From contig CAJTKG010000010.1 in the NCBI GenBank assembly GCA_910576935.1, positions 14,918-78,917 on the forward strand: DNA of 64,000 nt, given 5' to 3'. The position numbers were made by a program, and so were the translations under genes. Positions 33,498 through 43,177 of this stretch are shown here, one piece after another. The notes beneath the pieces were generated by a model, which saw nothing but the letters and a program-made list of their open reading frames with translations, was not told where the DNA came from and searched no databases. This stretch comes from an uncultured Muribaculaceae bacterium (GTDB lineage Bacteria > Bacteroidota > Bacteroidia > Bacteroidales > Muribaculaceae). Within the stretch, counting starts at the first letter, position 1; each line of letters opens with the position of its first letter.

Positions 33498-34069
33498 ACG
33501 TCGTCCTGTTCTGATTGTGGTCGGGCAAGACATCCGTGACTTCCAAGATTCTTCATCATGAATGGCTGGAGGATTCGGAGTACATCAATCCCGACAACGT
33601 AGCTCGTGATGTTTTCGGCGATTGGAACAATCAGGATGCTATTCTAAAGGCTGCCAACTATTGCAATGATTGGAGAAAAAGATGTCTTGCGGAACGCAAA
33701 AGCCATATCTTTGAAACCGTGATGTCGGCAAGTGATAAGGTTGATTATATCCTTCGGGCTAAGAAAGCTGGATTTTTCATAAGACTGTTTTTTGTGTCAA
33801 CGGAATCTCCGACCATCAACGCCAAGCGTGTTGCGAACCGTGTGCTGAACGGGGGACATGATGTACCCATCCCCAAAATCATATCTCGATACGACAAATC
33901 TATTGTCAACTGTGAAATCTTGTCTCCGATTGTTGACCGGCTCTATGTTTATGACAACTCAATAGAGGATGCCGAGGCTCGACTTTTGTTCCGATTGAGC
34001 GATGGAGAACTGGTAAAACGCTATGTCGATGACCTCCCGGCATGGGCTTTACCTATCCTTCCGAAATAA
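33484..34069 (+). pseudogene. Zeta-toxin / COG4185-like P-loop kinase, frameshifted inside the Walker A motif
   Basis: The ATG at 33484 gives MTASKRRPVLIVVGQDIRDF...stop. The +1 frame from 33515 gives (W)SGKTSVTSKILHHEWLEDSEYINPDN...GGHDVPIPKIISRY, the zeta-like body. The expected hhhhGxxGSGKT loop is split and shortened. Confidence 0.6.
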
Positions 34070-34090
34070 TATTGATAAACCAATCAGTAA

Positions 34091-35041
34091 TCAATCTTCG
34101 ACATCGAGTGTGAAAGCGGTATAGACGGTCGAGCGGGCACCGTAGCCTTCTTTCTGACGCAACAGTCCGGCGTTTAGCACATGCCCGTGGTCTTCGGTGC
34201 TGATACCGAAATCAAGATAACGCCTGACTGCGGTATTGTCATCTATCAACTTAGACATCAACGGCACGAGCGCTGAAAGTTCCCGTCCACGCGGCGACGA
34301 CGATATATACTGCGTGTGCGCTACCGTGTCTGTGAGATAGACCACTGTGCCGGCGAGCATCTCACCGTCGGGAGAATACGCGCAGTATAGTCGTATATTG
34401 TCAGGGAAACGCGAGGCGAGGAACATGATTTCGTCGACGGTGTGTACGGGCGACACATTATGTCGCTCGGCAAGATTGTCGGTGAGCAATCGCCAGAAAC
34501 AACTGTAATCGTCGGTCTGACGTACAACAACACCGGCCGCCGCAGCCCGCCGCAGCCCGCGACGTGTATTCTCGTCGGGGCGCAGCGGAGCGGCAAGATC
34601 TATTGTAGAAGAAACGGCCACCTCACTGAGACGCCCGCCGGCGGCAACAAGCGCGTAGAGGTCTTCTTCAGCCGGATAACGGTGATAAATATGAGGCACG
34701 GGCTTATATATGACACGCCTGATACCCTCGCTCCGACAATAATCTTTGAGGGTTGAGATGACAGCGACAGCCGAAGCGCCACCGAAACCTTTGGCCGGCA
34801 TGACAAGTCCGCCGTAGGTCAGTCCGCCGTGAGCACGGAGCTCATCGTCGTGACGGCTGGCGAGAAATAGAGCCACCGGACGACAGTCATCACTGAAAAT
34901 CAATGAATTGTCCTTAAACCTATCGGCATGATAGTCTACATAATCACGACAAAATAGAAACGTGGCATTGCGTGAACGTCGAGTGACAAAATCGTCCCAC
35001 ATAGCCTTATCGGCTGCATCATATTGCCTGAGTGTCAGCAT
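34091..35041 (-). CDS. FemAB-like GNAT-superfamily acyltransferase
   Basis: The ATG at 35041 (MLTLRQYDAADKAMWDDFV) lies 2 nt after the upstream stop. The two-lobed GNAT-like pattern resembles Bacteroidales proteins annotated as GNAT family N-acetyltransferase. The track ORF extension to 35227 overlaps the upstream gene. Confidence 0.6.
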   Translation of the reverse strand: MLTLRQYDAADKAMWDDFVTRRSRNATFLFCRDYVDYHADRFKDNSLIFSDDCRPVALFLASRHDDELRAHGGLTYGGLVMPAKGFGGASAVAVISTLKDYCRSEGIRRVIYKPVPHIYHRYPAEEDLYALVAAGGRLSEVAVSSTIDLAAPLRPDENTRRGLRRAAAAGVVVRQTDDYSCFWRLLTDNLAERHNVSPVHTVDEIMFLASRFPDNIRLYCAYSPDGEMLAGTVVYLTDTVAHTQYISSSPRGRELSALVPLMSKLIDDNTAVRRYLDFGISTEDHGHVLNAGLLRQKEGYGARSTVYTAFTLDVED

Positions 35042-35043
35042 TT

Positions 35044-37833
35044 TTATTTCATACCTATTGTTTCGACAAACTTTATGGGTCGCTCGACAGTGTCGCTGTA
35101 GACATTTCCGAATGAGTCGGTGACTCGCACTGTCACGGGCTTGTCGGCCGTTGTGGTAGTGACGGTAAACATATGACCCGTGCGATTGGTGGTGAAGCTC
35201 TCGGTGATCGTGCCGGTAGCTTTCCATTTGGCTACATCATAAACGAGCGTGTGGAGGGGATCCTCGGCATTGATACGCTTTGGCGTCAGCTGAGTGTCAC
35301 CTTCAAAAATCTCTACCTTCCAATCGATGTCATAGTTGAAAACATTGACATAGACCGTATTGTCGGCGATTGTGGCATAGTTTGTGCGAGTAGGATATTT
35401 GGCGAGAATCGCTTTTATATTGGCATTGGTTTTATAGAAGTCCTTTACTGTGTTCATGTCGTAGACGCGGAACTGCGGATCTGACGTCTCTTCGAGCGAA
35501 TGGTATTTCCACCACAGGCGGTCGCCCTTGACGTTATAAGAGGCGAAACCGCCCGGAGAACCGTCCTTGCAGATATGACGCGAGGTATAGCGTCCTGTCC
35601 ACCACCATGTCGCACAGACTGCGGCGACATTGTTCTCGTGGATATTGGGATACTTGTCGGGATGAGCATGATAGTTGTAGTGGGTGTGACCCGAGAGGAG
35701 ATTGACCTGACTGAAGTCTTTGAGAATCTTGGCCAAAGCGTCTGACGAACCGGAGTTGAGAGCAGCCGACACCTTGAAGTTGCCGTCGGTAGATAACGAC
35801 CAGTTCTGTATGTGGAACATCACTACAACCGGGCAGTCTTTGTCTTTGACAAGCTTGATGTCACGACGCAGCCACTCAAGTTGCTCGTCGGTGTAATACT
35901 GACCGTAGTCGCGACTGCCCGCGACACCGACAGGATAGCTTGCTCCGGCTACGGCCTTGTTGGTATAGATTATGTCGTCAAGCACTACATAATGAACCTT
36001 GCCGAGATTAAACGAATAATATGACGGAGCTATCGTCTGACGGAATTTCTGAGCCGAGAGGAAGTCGGTGTCTGCACCCGCCGGTATCGAAGGGTCATTG
36101 TCGTGATTGCCCATGACGGGGAAAAGCATCAGAGGATATTTGTTTTCGGTCAACGTGTTGACAAACTCGGGCAAACCGTAGCCGTTAGATGTCCAGTACT
36201 GATCCCATGTTAGGTCACCGAGTATTGTCGAATAAATCTTCTTGCCGGGGTTAGCTTTTATAAACTCATTTAGACGAGGGATGAAACGACTTTTGAACTG
36301 TGCGAGGTCGCGTGTGCGGTTGGCAAGATGGGTGTCAGCGCCGACAACAAGAATATGGTCATCATTGTCGGCACGACGTAGCACAAAGTCATGGTTTTCT
36401 ATAACATCGACATCCGCAGACGTCAATTTCGAATAGATCTTTACCTGAAAACCGTTTGTCTCGGTCTGCGGTTCATAACCCGATGGAAGACTGTAGAAGA
36501 CATATCCGTAGCGTTTTGTCGAGGAGAGCCAATAGCGTCCCTCGTCATCTGTCGTTGTGACTTCGATACCGTCAGAGACAGCGACACCGGCAACGCCTCG
36601 GCCTTCACAAAGCACAGAGCCTTTGATGTTGGCCGACGGATGTGCCACCTTATCTAATGTATAGCTGAAGAGCGGACAGTAATTATATAGAGCCACCGGT
36701 CTATCCGCGCCGGGCAGGATGACTGTCTCTGTTGCCGAATCGCGAAGATTGCCGCGGCTGCCACAGAGCGGTCCGACACTCTCGCTGTATGACCCGTAGA
36801 CAATGCGGTCGCCGGCGGCGAGCTGCTCGTTAGTGGTGATGGTGACTGTACCGTCAGGGTTGACATCGATGGCGGTAATATTCAGATGCCGCTCGCTGTC
36901 GCCGACACCGCGTGCCACGGTAAAACCGAGATTGTCTGCGAGCGCGATATTGACGTCATCTATGTCGAGATTGCCCGAAGGCACATTGAATCTGACGGTA
37001 ACAGTATTATCGGAAGCCTCAACGCCCTTTACATAAATCGGAGCGACAGGTTTGTCGAACGCACGGGCTATGTATGCGCCTATGACAAACTGACCGTGCG
37101 ACGACGGGCTGTAAAGATCGGCGCCACGGTCAAACATATATGTGGGCGCGGCAAAAGTAAAGCGGTCGGGATAGTCGACACACAAATCGAGCTGGGCGGC
37201 GGCGACATTGCCATAGCTGCTGCCTCTCTCGCCGCTTATAGTGCGATGGAGTGACTGCGAGGAGTTCTGCACTATAATGATTTTGACCTGTCGACCGGCG
37301 GCTGTGCTTATCATCTCCTGCAACGACAGCATAGCCGATTTATAGCTGTCGGCGCTCATGCCTGAGGCGATATCGGCCTCACCCTGTATCCACGCGATCG
37401 CAGCGGGAGCGGTTTCATAGGCCTTTATATCATTAACAAGTGCTTTGCCGAGAGCGGCATCGGCGGCAAAATCCTTGACAGAGGCATATTCGCGGCCTAT
37501 GACCTCGAAAACATAACTGTTGTCGGCACATCCCGCCTCGGCAAAAGCGGCAGCGATACCTGACGCGGCTGTCTGGGCGCGTCCGTCTGCGATAGCCTCG
37601 CGCAGAGACTGTGTCGCACCGATAGCCGATGGATTGCGGAGTCCGGCAGCATTAACAAGCTGACGCCCGACGCCGTCGCTGACGAGCGTCGAGTCGCCCG
37701 AACCGAGAGCAGAGGCGTCACCGGCGATTATAAACGGCGTCACCGCCTGCGCCGCGATAGTGCCGACGAGAGACATGGCGCCGATAAATAGTGATTTTAT
37801 GATTGATTTCATGAGATTTTCGATATTTGGCAT
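35044..37833 (-). CDS. Secreted fusion protein: SASA/CE6-like esterase domain + carboxypeptidase-regulatory-like + calcineurin-like metallophosphoesterase
   Basis: 929 aa with a signal peptide. The N-terminal roughly 260 aa carry IIAGDASALG and AWIQGEADI, the GxS and QGE(S/A)D blocks of sialate O-acetylesterase-like domains. The C-terminal roughly 530 aa carry GDLTWDQ, GNHDND and GHTHYNYH, and are paralogous to 40475-42124. Confidence 0.7.
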   Translation of the reverse strand: MPNIENLMKSIIKSLFIGAMSLVGTIAAQAVTPFIIAGDASALGSGDSTLVSDGVGRQLVNAAGLRNPSAIGATQSLREAIADGRAQTAASGIAAAFAEAGCADNSYVFEVIGREYASVKDFAADAALGKALVNDIKAYETAPAAIAWIQGEADIASGMSADSYKSAMLSLQEMISTAAGRQVKIIIVQNSSQSLHRTISGERGSSYGNVAAAQLDLCVDYPDRFTFAAPTYMFDRGADLYSPSSHGQFVIGAYIARAFDKPVAPIYVKGVEASDNTVTVRFNVPSGNLDIDDVNIALADNLGFTVARGVGDSERHLNITAIDVNPDGTVTITTNEQLAAGDRIVYGSYSESVGPLCGSRGNLRDSATETVILPGADRPVALYNYCPLFSYTLDKVAHPSANIKGSVLCEGRGVAGVAVSDGIEVTTTDDEGRYWLSSTKRYGYVFYSLPSGYEPQTETNGFQVKIYSKLTSADVDVIENHDFVLRRADNDDHILVVGADTHLANRTRDLAQFKSRFIPRLNEFIKANPGKKIYSTILGDLTWDQYWTSNGYGLPEFVNTLTENKYPLMLFPVMGNHDNDPSIPAGADTDFLSAQKFRQTIAPSYYSFNLGKVHYVVLDDIIYTNKAVAGASYPVGVAGSRDYGQYYTDEQLEWLRRDIKLVKDKDCPVVVMFHIQNWSLSTDGNFKVSAALNSGSSDALAKILKDFSQVNLLSGHTHYNYHAHPDKYPNIHENNVAAVCATWWWTGRYTSRHICKDGSPGGFASYNVKGDRLWWKYHSLEETSDPQFRVYDMNTVKDFYKTNANIKAILAKYPTRTNYATIADNTVYVNVFNYDIDWKVEIFEGDTQLTPKRINAEDPLHTLVYDVAKWKATGTITESFTTNRTGHMFTVTTTTADKPVTVRVTDSFGNVYSDTVERPIKFVETIGMK

Positions 37834-37837
37834 GTTG

Positions 37838-40438
37838 TTATCTGATAATGAGTCGTGTTGAGGCGCTCGCGCCGTCTCCGGTTTCAGCTGTCACTATATA
37901 GAGACCGCTCGGCAGCCACGATACATCGAGTTGCGTCGTGTTTGACGTCATCACCGTGGCTCCGCCGAGGCTGACGAGCGACACGCGTGCAATCGGCCTG
38001 ACCGAAACGATATTGACCGTCGTAGTAGCCGGATTGGGATAGACGCCGAGTCTGATATCATCGCCGGGGATGACCGTGATATCACCGACGCCATCGTTTT
38101 CTGTCGTTTCGCGGGCACCGACCGACGGTATCGCAGGTCGCAGATTGCCACAGGCATCGATAGATGGGACAAGCTCTACTCCGTCGTGTTTATAGCTTGA
38201 CAGGCCGACACCTGCGGCAGGTGATCGGGCGGCAAGGACAAGAGTGTGATCATCGCCGAGAGCCGGCATACCGTCATCATAACTGGCAAAAATTTCCGAT
38301 AAGGCATCATCGTTGATTATTGACGATGTCATAGAACCGACAGTCTGAGCCGTACCGAAGAGGTTGTTAGAGCCGATAAAACTTCCCCCGTTGAGAGCTA
38401 TGCGGGCGCCCGTGCCATAGAAGAGGTCGTTTACCAGAGTCACATCAGGAGCAATAGTAGCTTTGGTAGCGTTAATTTTAATATCGGGCACATCGCCGTT
38501 GCCTACAAATGTCGAGTTGACAATGTAGCTCGGTTGCTGCGGCGAACGGGCCGAGTTATAGAACTCGATGCCCGACGCGCTTTTACCTTCATTTTGATAT
38601 AAAGTCAGGTTTGTCATCACAGCGCCGGCATTCATGCCGTTGATGACAATAGCACCAACTCCTGTCGAAGCGTGAGACGAACGGTTGCCTATGAAACTGC
38701 AAGACATAATCGTCAGCGGCTCGGTAGCCGTCGTCGACGAGAATGAGAGCGCACCACCGCGCGAGCCTGTCGTCATATTATTTACAAATAACGAATTACT
38801 TATCGTTACACCGGGGCCACCGGGAACAGACACGGCCGCGCCTGTCGCCGAGGTGTTACCCTCGAAACGGCAGCCTGTAATCTCGGCATCTACGCTCAGC
38901 GACAGAGCACCGCCCTGCGTCGAGGCCGAGCACCCTTCAAAACGGCATCCGCTAAAAAGCATGCGCGTATTTGGCGCGGTTGCGTTGACAGCGCCGCCCG
39001 AAGCCGCCGATTTGCCATTGGTGAAAGTCACGCGGTCGAAGACGACACTTAGTTCGCCGTCAGCACGCGAGTCACTTATATAGACGATGGCACCGTTAGA
39101 TTGACTGCCGCCGACGAGTTTAAGATCTGAAATCATCAGCATCGAGCCGTCAGCCTTGGGGATTATCTCAAAGATACGGTGACGTGACTCACCGGGCGAG
39201 GCCACAGAGACTGTCGCGCCCCGGCCGTCTATTGTGATCGTCTTGTCTGACAGATTGATGGCCTCGGTCAGAGTCACGGCATCGACATCGAAGACAATCA
39301 AGTCGCCGGGAAGAGCCTCGGCCACACAGGCGCGGAGCGAACCGGCACCGGCGTCGGCCGATGACGTGACATGAAGAGTGCGCTCGGCCGGTCTCGGATT
39401 GCCGATACCGTAGACAGGTTCGACACAGACGCCGTCAACACGTGCGCCGGCCGGCACAGCCAATGTCAGGCGGTCACCCATGGTCTCGCCGTCGTAATCG
39501 AGTGTGGTGCTAAGACGCTGCCATCCCGGCGAGGCCTTCAGCGGCAGCGACGCCACAGTCCCGAGGCGTTCGCTCCCGACGGCGACAAAACCATCTACAG
39601 GTGTATTGACATAGAAATTGAGCGAGTTGCGTATCGAGCCGCCGAGGTCGATATTGTCAGACGTAAACGACGATGCTTTGGCAGCGCAGAGTGAATAATC
39701 AAATGTGTAGACACCTGCACTTTTTACAGCTGCGCCCGCCACCGACCAGTGGCGTGGCCGCGCCACCTCACCGTCCCAAAGTGTAAAAGAGCCGTCTGTG
39801 ACAGCGTTGACTACATTGACGCCGTCGAGGGCTCGCAATTCCGCACCGCCTATCATCATGGCGGCATGACGCTGCGACACGACACTCTTCATACTGCTGT
39901 CAGTCTGGGGCATCATATGGACCGCCAAAGATGTGAGATCTCCGGCATCGGTGATGTCGCTGAGATCAAAATCGAGAACGGCTTTGGTCCAGACGCCGGG
40001 TATAAAACGGCTGTCGTTGCCCGAGTCGAGCGTCAAAGATGCAACTGTGCGGCCGGTCGTACCAAGACGCGCCGCCAATGTCAGACAGGCGTCGGGTGTC
40101 AGAAACTTGACCATCGCCGTAAAGCGGTATTTTTTTGCTGCTACCATCGTAATCCCCTGCGAAAACGATGTTGCAAACGGGTCATCACTCTCCGACAGGT
40201 ATTTTATGCGGGCATACATCACCGAGTCATCGTTTTCGGGAGTCATTTTGCGACAGATTTCGCCGGCAGCGGGACGCACGACAGAATGCGTCCAACGCCC
40301 TGCACGGCCTGTGTTGTCACTGCCATAGAGCGGAGCTGTCTCGAGATAAGGGTCCGTGATAAGGTTTTCGGCCGATATCGACACCGCAGCTGTCGCCGAC
40401 GCCATCATTATCAAAGCCATCAGTCTGTTGTTTCTCAT
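37838..40438 (-). CDS. T9SS-secreted right-handed beta-helix protein with N-terminal CBM-like modules
   Basis: 866 aa with a signal peptide. It has repeated GGA(V/L)-type beta-helix rungs (GGAVNATA, GGALSLSV, GGALSFSS) and a C-terminal Por/T9SS sorting domain (VYPNPATTTVNI...LPSGLYIVTAETGDG...RLIIR). Confidence 0.75.
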   Translation of the reverse strand: MRNNRLMALIMMASATAAVSISAENLITDPYLETAPLYGSDNTGRAGRWTHSVVRPAAGEICRKMTPENDDSVMYARIKYLSESDDPFATSFSQGITMVAAKKYRFTAMVKFLTPDACLTLAARLGTTGRTVASLTLDSGNDSRFIPGVWTKAVLDFDLSDITDAGDLTSLAVHMMPQTDSSMKSVVSQRHAAMMIGGAELRALDGVNVVNAVTDGSFTLWDGEVARPRHWSVAGAAVKSAGVYTFDYSLCAAKASSFTSDNIDLGGSIRNSLNFYVNTPVDGFVAVGSERLGTVASLPLKASPGWQRLSTTLDYDGETMGDRLTLAVPAGARVDGVCVEPVYGIGNPRPAERTLHVTSSADAGAGSLRACVAEALPGDLIVFDVDAVTLTEAINLSDKTITIDGRGATVSVASPGESRHRIFEIIPKADGSMLMISDLKLVGGSQSNGAIVYISDSRADGELSVVFDRVTFTNGKSAASGGAVNATAPNTRMLFSGCRFEGCSASTQGGALSLSVDAEITGCRFEGNTSATGAAVSVPGGPGVTISNSLFVNNMTTGSRGGALSFSSTTATEPLTIMSCSFIGNRSSHASTGVGAIVINGMNAGAVMTNLTLYQNEGKSASGIEFYNSARSPQQPSYIVNSTFVGNGDVPDIKINATKATIAPDVTLVNDLFYGTGARIALNGGSFIGSNNLFGTAQTVGSMTSSIINDDALSEIFASYDDGMPALGDDHTLVLAARSPAAGVGLSSYKHDGVELVPSIDACGNLRPAIPSVGARETTENDGVGDITVIPGDDIRLGVYPNPATTTVNIVSVRPIARVSLVSLGGATVMTSNTTQLDVSWLPSGLYIVTAETGDGASASTRLIIR

Positions 40439-40474
40439 GGATTTATTTGGTTTTTAATTTGTTTCATCGAGATT

Positions 40475-42124
40475 TTATTGATGTTTCAATCCTAAATTGA
40501 TATCGAAAGCGCGTGGTCTCTCGACAGTTTCGGTGAAGACGCGGCCACGGCCGTCGGTGACCCTGACGGTGACAGGAGTATCGGCATCTGCTGTCACGGC
40601 TTCGAAGATGTGTGAAGTAGGCGTAGTGGCAAAAACGCCCGGCACTTTGTTCGAGAGAGCAAACACCGGCAGATCATAGGCCAATGTATGTAGCGGGTCC
40701 TCGGCAACTATGCGACGCACCTCGAGAGGTCTGTCACCCTCGAAGATTTCGACAAGCCAGTCGTTGTCATAGTCGAAGACATTGACATAGACCGTATTAT
40801 CGGCAATCTCGGCATAGTCGGTACGGTTTCGGCAAACCTCGAGCATTGCTCGTGGCGCTTCTTCGTCGCGATAGTAGTCGCGCACTGTGTTCATGTCATA
40901 TACGCGAAAATGTTTGTTGTCCTCACGATCGGTACCTATATATTCCGATGCGACGGTTTTACCGTCGATATCATAAAGGGCAAAACCGCCGGGCGAGCCG
41001 TCGACACATATATGTCTGTCTGAAAGGTGACCCGTCCACCACCATGTGGCACAGATGGCCGCGACGTTGTTCTCGTGTATATTGGGGTGATTGTCGGGAT
41101 GGGCGTGATAATTATAGTGGGTGTGACCCGACAACAGTGTCACATTCTCGAAATCGCCGACAATATCGGCCAAAGCCTCCGACGATCCGTCGGCGAGATT
41201 TGCCCGCGTCGCAAAACTGCCGTCATCGAGCTTGAGACGCCAAGCCGGCACATGGAACATTATCACTACCGGCGTCGTTTTGTCCTCGACAAGGGCCAGA
41301 TCGCGACGCAGCCAGTCGAGCTGGTCGTCGGTATACCGGCGCTCATAGTTGCGGTTGCCGGCGACACCGCGTTTATAACGTCGCCCGTCGGTACGATCGT
41401 TGCGGTAGACCACATCGTCGAGAACGACATAATGCACCTTGCCGAGATTGAACGAATAGAACGACGGCGCGACCGTCTGTCTGAAAGGCTCCGACGACAA
41501 CATGTCGGTATCGTCACCGGCCGGAACCGACGGGTCGTTGTCATGGTTGCCTATGACAGGGAAAAGCATCACCGGATAGCCGGCATCGGCCATAGTCGCG
41601 ACAAATTCAGGCAGCCCGTAACTGTTGGTTGTCCAGAACTGATCCCACGTCAGATCGCCAAGTATAGTAGAGTAGATCTTTTTACCCGGATTATCAGCCA
41701 CTATACCTTTGACCGGACTGACAAAAAGGCTGTCAAACTGCTCGAGATCGCCCAGCCGATGTGCCAGATGGCTGTCAGCGCCGACAATCATGAGGTGGCT
41801 GTCGTTATCGACCCGCCGCAAGGCAAAGTCGTGCGTCGCGTCACGGTCTCCGTCAACTGCAGCGAATATTCTGACCTGAAAACCGTTGTCATAAGTCTCG
41901 GGCTCATACCCGCCGGGCAACGTATAGAAAATGATGCCATAGGGCATCGCGCCGCTCAGAGAATATCGCCCGAGCGAATCGGTCAGAACGATGCTGACAC
42001 CATCTGAGACAGGCACTCCGGCGACACCGTTACCCTCGCAGGTTATGCGCCCTGTGACAGTCGAGGCCGATGCGGCCGCAAAAAACGTCACCGCCGCCAA
42101 TAACGCAAATATCGTCTTTCTCAT
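40475..42124 (-). CDS. Secreted calcineurin-like metallophosphoesterase (MetallophosN/C-type)
   Basis: 549 aa with a signal peptide plus GDLTWDQ, GNHDND and GHTHYNYH. It is a paralogue of the C-terminal part of 35044-37833. Confidence 0.8.
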   Translation of the reverse strand: MRKTIFALLAAVTFFAAASASTVTGRITCEGNGVAGVPVSDGVSIVLTDSLGRYSLSGAMPYGIIFYTLPGGYEPETYDNGFQVRIFAAVDGDRDATHDFALRRVDNDSHLMIVGADSHLAHRLGDLEQFDSLFVSPVKGIVADNPGKKIYSTILGDLTWDQFWTTNSYGLPEFVATMADAGYPVMLFPVIGNHDNDPSVPAGDDTDMLSSEPFRQTVAPSFYSFNLGKVHYVVLDDVVYRNDRTDGRRYKRGVAGNRNYERRYTDDQLDWLRRDLALVEDKTTPVVIMFHVPAWRLKLDDGSFATRANLADGSSEALADIVGDFENVTLLSGHTHYNYHAHPDNHPNIHENNVAAICATWWWTGHLSDRHICVDGSPGGFALYDIDGKTVASEYIGTDREDNKHFRVYDMNTVRDYYRDEEAPRAMLEVCRNRTDYAEIADNTVYVNVFDYDNDWLVEIFEGDRPLEVRRIVAEDPLHTLAYDLPVFALSNKVPGVFATTPTSHIFEAVTADADTPVTVRVTDGRGRVFTETVERPRAFDINLGLKHQ

Positions 42125-42930
42125 CTGTTTTTACGGTGACCTGCAATTCTATTGACGTGCTTAACAAGAATCTCGAAGCCCGGAATACACATATCGCCAT
42201 GGTTGAAACCGTCTTCTTCATAAATATATACGTCTTTGTGGCCGACAAGCTTCATCATGCGCCACAGATAGGCGTTTTCTTCATGACGCCCGAAAATTTC
42301 CTGCTCACGGTCGCCTGTGATTATGATATAAGGCGGACAATCGGGTCGCACATAAAAAAGCGGAGCCAGCGAATCGACCGTCGGCTGGAGTTCTCCTATG
42401 CCTTGCGACTTGCGGTGAGAGAAATGGGTTATCGCCTGACCGCTGAAAGGTATGAGCGCCGCTATCGAGTCGGCCTCGACACCATAGCGTCGCAATTGCC
42501 GGCGGTCAAGACCTATCATTGACGTGAGATACCCCCCGGCAGAATGTCCGGCGACAAATATTTTCGACCTGTCGCCTCCATAACGGCCTATGTTTTCGAA
42601 CGTCCATGCAACGGCGGCGGCAGCATCGTCAATACACTCGCCGACAGTCACACGCGGTATCAGACGATAGTTCGGTGCCACGACAACATAACCCTCACTG
42701 ACCAAACGCGCAGGCAGATCCTTTGAACCTCCGGTCAGGCCGCCCCCGTGAAACCATACCACGACAGGCCGACCGGCGCCAACAGTGTCGCCGTAGACGT
42801 CAAGCCGGCAGCGCTCTGCCGAATATGCGTCATTATTTCGACTGTAAGGAATATCGCGGGTGACTTGTCCTTCGGCAACAGCCGTCGCTACAGAGACAAG
42901 CATCGCAACGCTCATAAAAAACAATTTCAT
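42121..42930 (-). CDS. Secreted alpha/beta-hydrolase fold esterase
   Basis: 269 aa with a signal peptide, the oxyanion HGGG (VVWFHGGGLTGG) and the nucleophile elbow GHSAGG. An ATGA overlap couples it to the downstream gene. Confidence 0.85.
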   Translation of the reverse strand: MKLFFMSVAMLVSVATAVAEGQVTRDIPYSRNNDAYSAERCRLDVYGDTVGAGRPVVVWFHGGGLTGGSKDLPARLVSEGYVVVAPNYRLIPRVTVGECIDDAAAAVAWTFENIGRYGGDRSKIFVAGHSAGGYLTSMIGLDRRQLRRYGVEADSIAALIPFSGQAITHFSHRKSQGIGELQPTVDSLAPLFYVRPDCPPYIIITGDREQEIFGRHEENAYLWRMMKLVGHKDVYIYEEDGFNHGDMCIPGFEILVKHVNRIAGHRKNR

Positions 42931-42963
42931 AATCTACGATTTTCAAGGCTTTTATAACATATG

Positions 42964-43132
42964 CAAAGATACGAATAAGTCGAATACAAAGCCAAACTTG
43001 TTTGGGCTTTGTTGAGCGTGAGCATCTTCGCGCTTGCGCAAAGATACGAATAAGTCGAGTGCAAAAGCAAATTTATTTAATTTTGCCGAGCGAAAGTATC
43101 TAAGACAAAGTCAAAGATACGAATAAGTCGAA
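42964..43132. repeat. Three direct copies (about 74-nt period) of caaagatacgaataagtcga, each containing a minus-strand -7 box
   Basis: Copies lie at 42964-42984, 43039-43059 and 43112-43132. The reverse complement is tcgacttattcgTATCTTTG. The first copy is 34 nt upstream of the esterase ATG. Spacers are partly similar, and the first contains the hairpin acaaagccaaac-tt-gtttgggctttgt. Confidence 0.8.
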
Positions 43133-43177
43133 TATAAAGTCAAAAATAACGTATTCCTCATCCGTTCATACCCATTC

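Noticed and set aside
34541-34560. Perfect 10-bp tandem duplication cgcagcccgc x2 inside the GNAT gene
   Set aside because: The ORF is intact across it (it encodes ..GLRRAAAAGV..), and two copies are too few to argue for a contingency locus. It probably reflects the Ala/Arg codon composition.
35042-35227. N-terminal 62-codon extension of the GNAT ORF, and the analogous extension of carA at 23522-23599
   Set aside because: The extensions overlap or run into neighbouring features and have a His/Arg-rich or non-homologous sequence. The internal ATGs coincide with the conserved N-termini.
41027-42007. 326-aa plus-strand ORF, with similar long antisense ORFs at 39749-40495, 48478-49134, 51018-51806, 56046-56909 and 57170-57970
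   Set aside because: All lie opposite or out of frame to genes with clear motifs (metallophosphoesterase, beta-helix protein, lipoprotein, glycosyltransferases, kinase). They are Arg/His/Gly-rich, as expected for spurious frames in GC-rich coding DNA.
42964-43132. Regularly spaced 21-nt repeats that could suggest a CRISPR array
   Set aside because: There are only three copies and the spacers are similar to one another, which makes this a tandem duplication. The repeat contains a promoter -7 box, and no cas genes are nearby.
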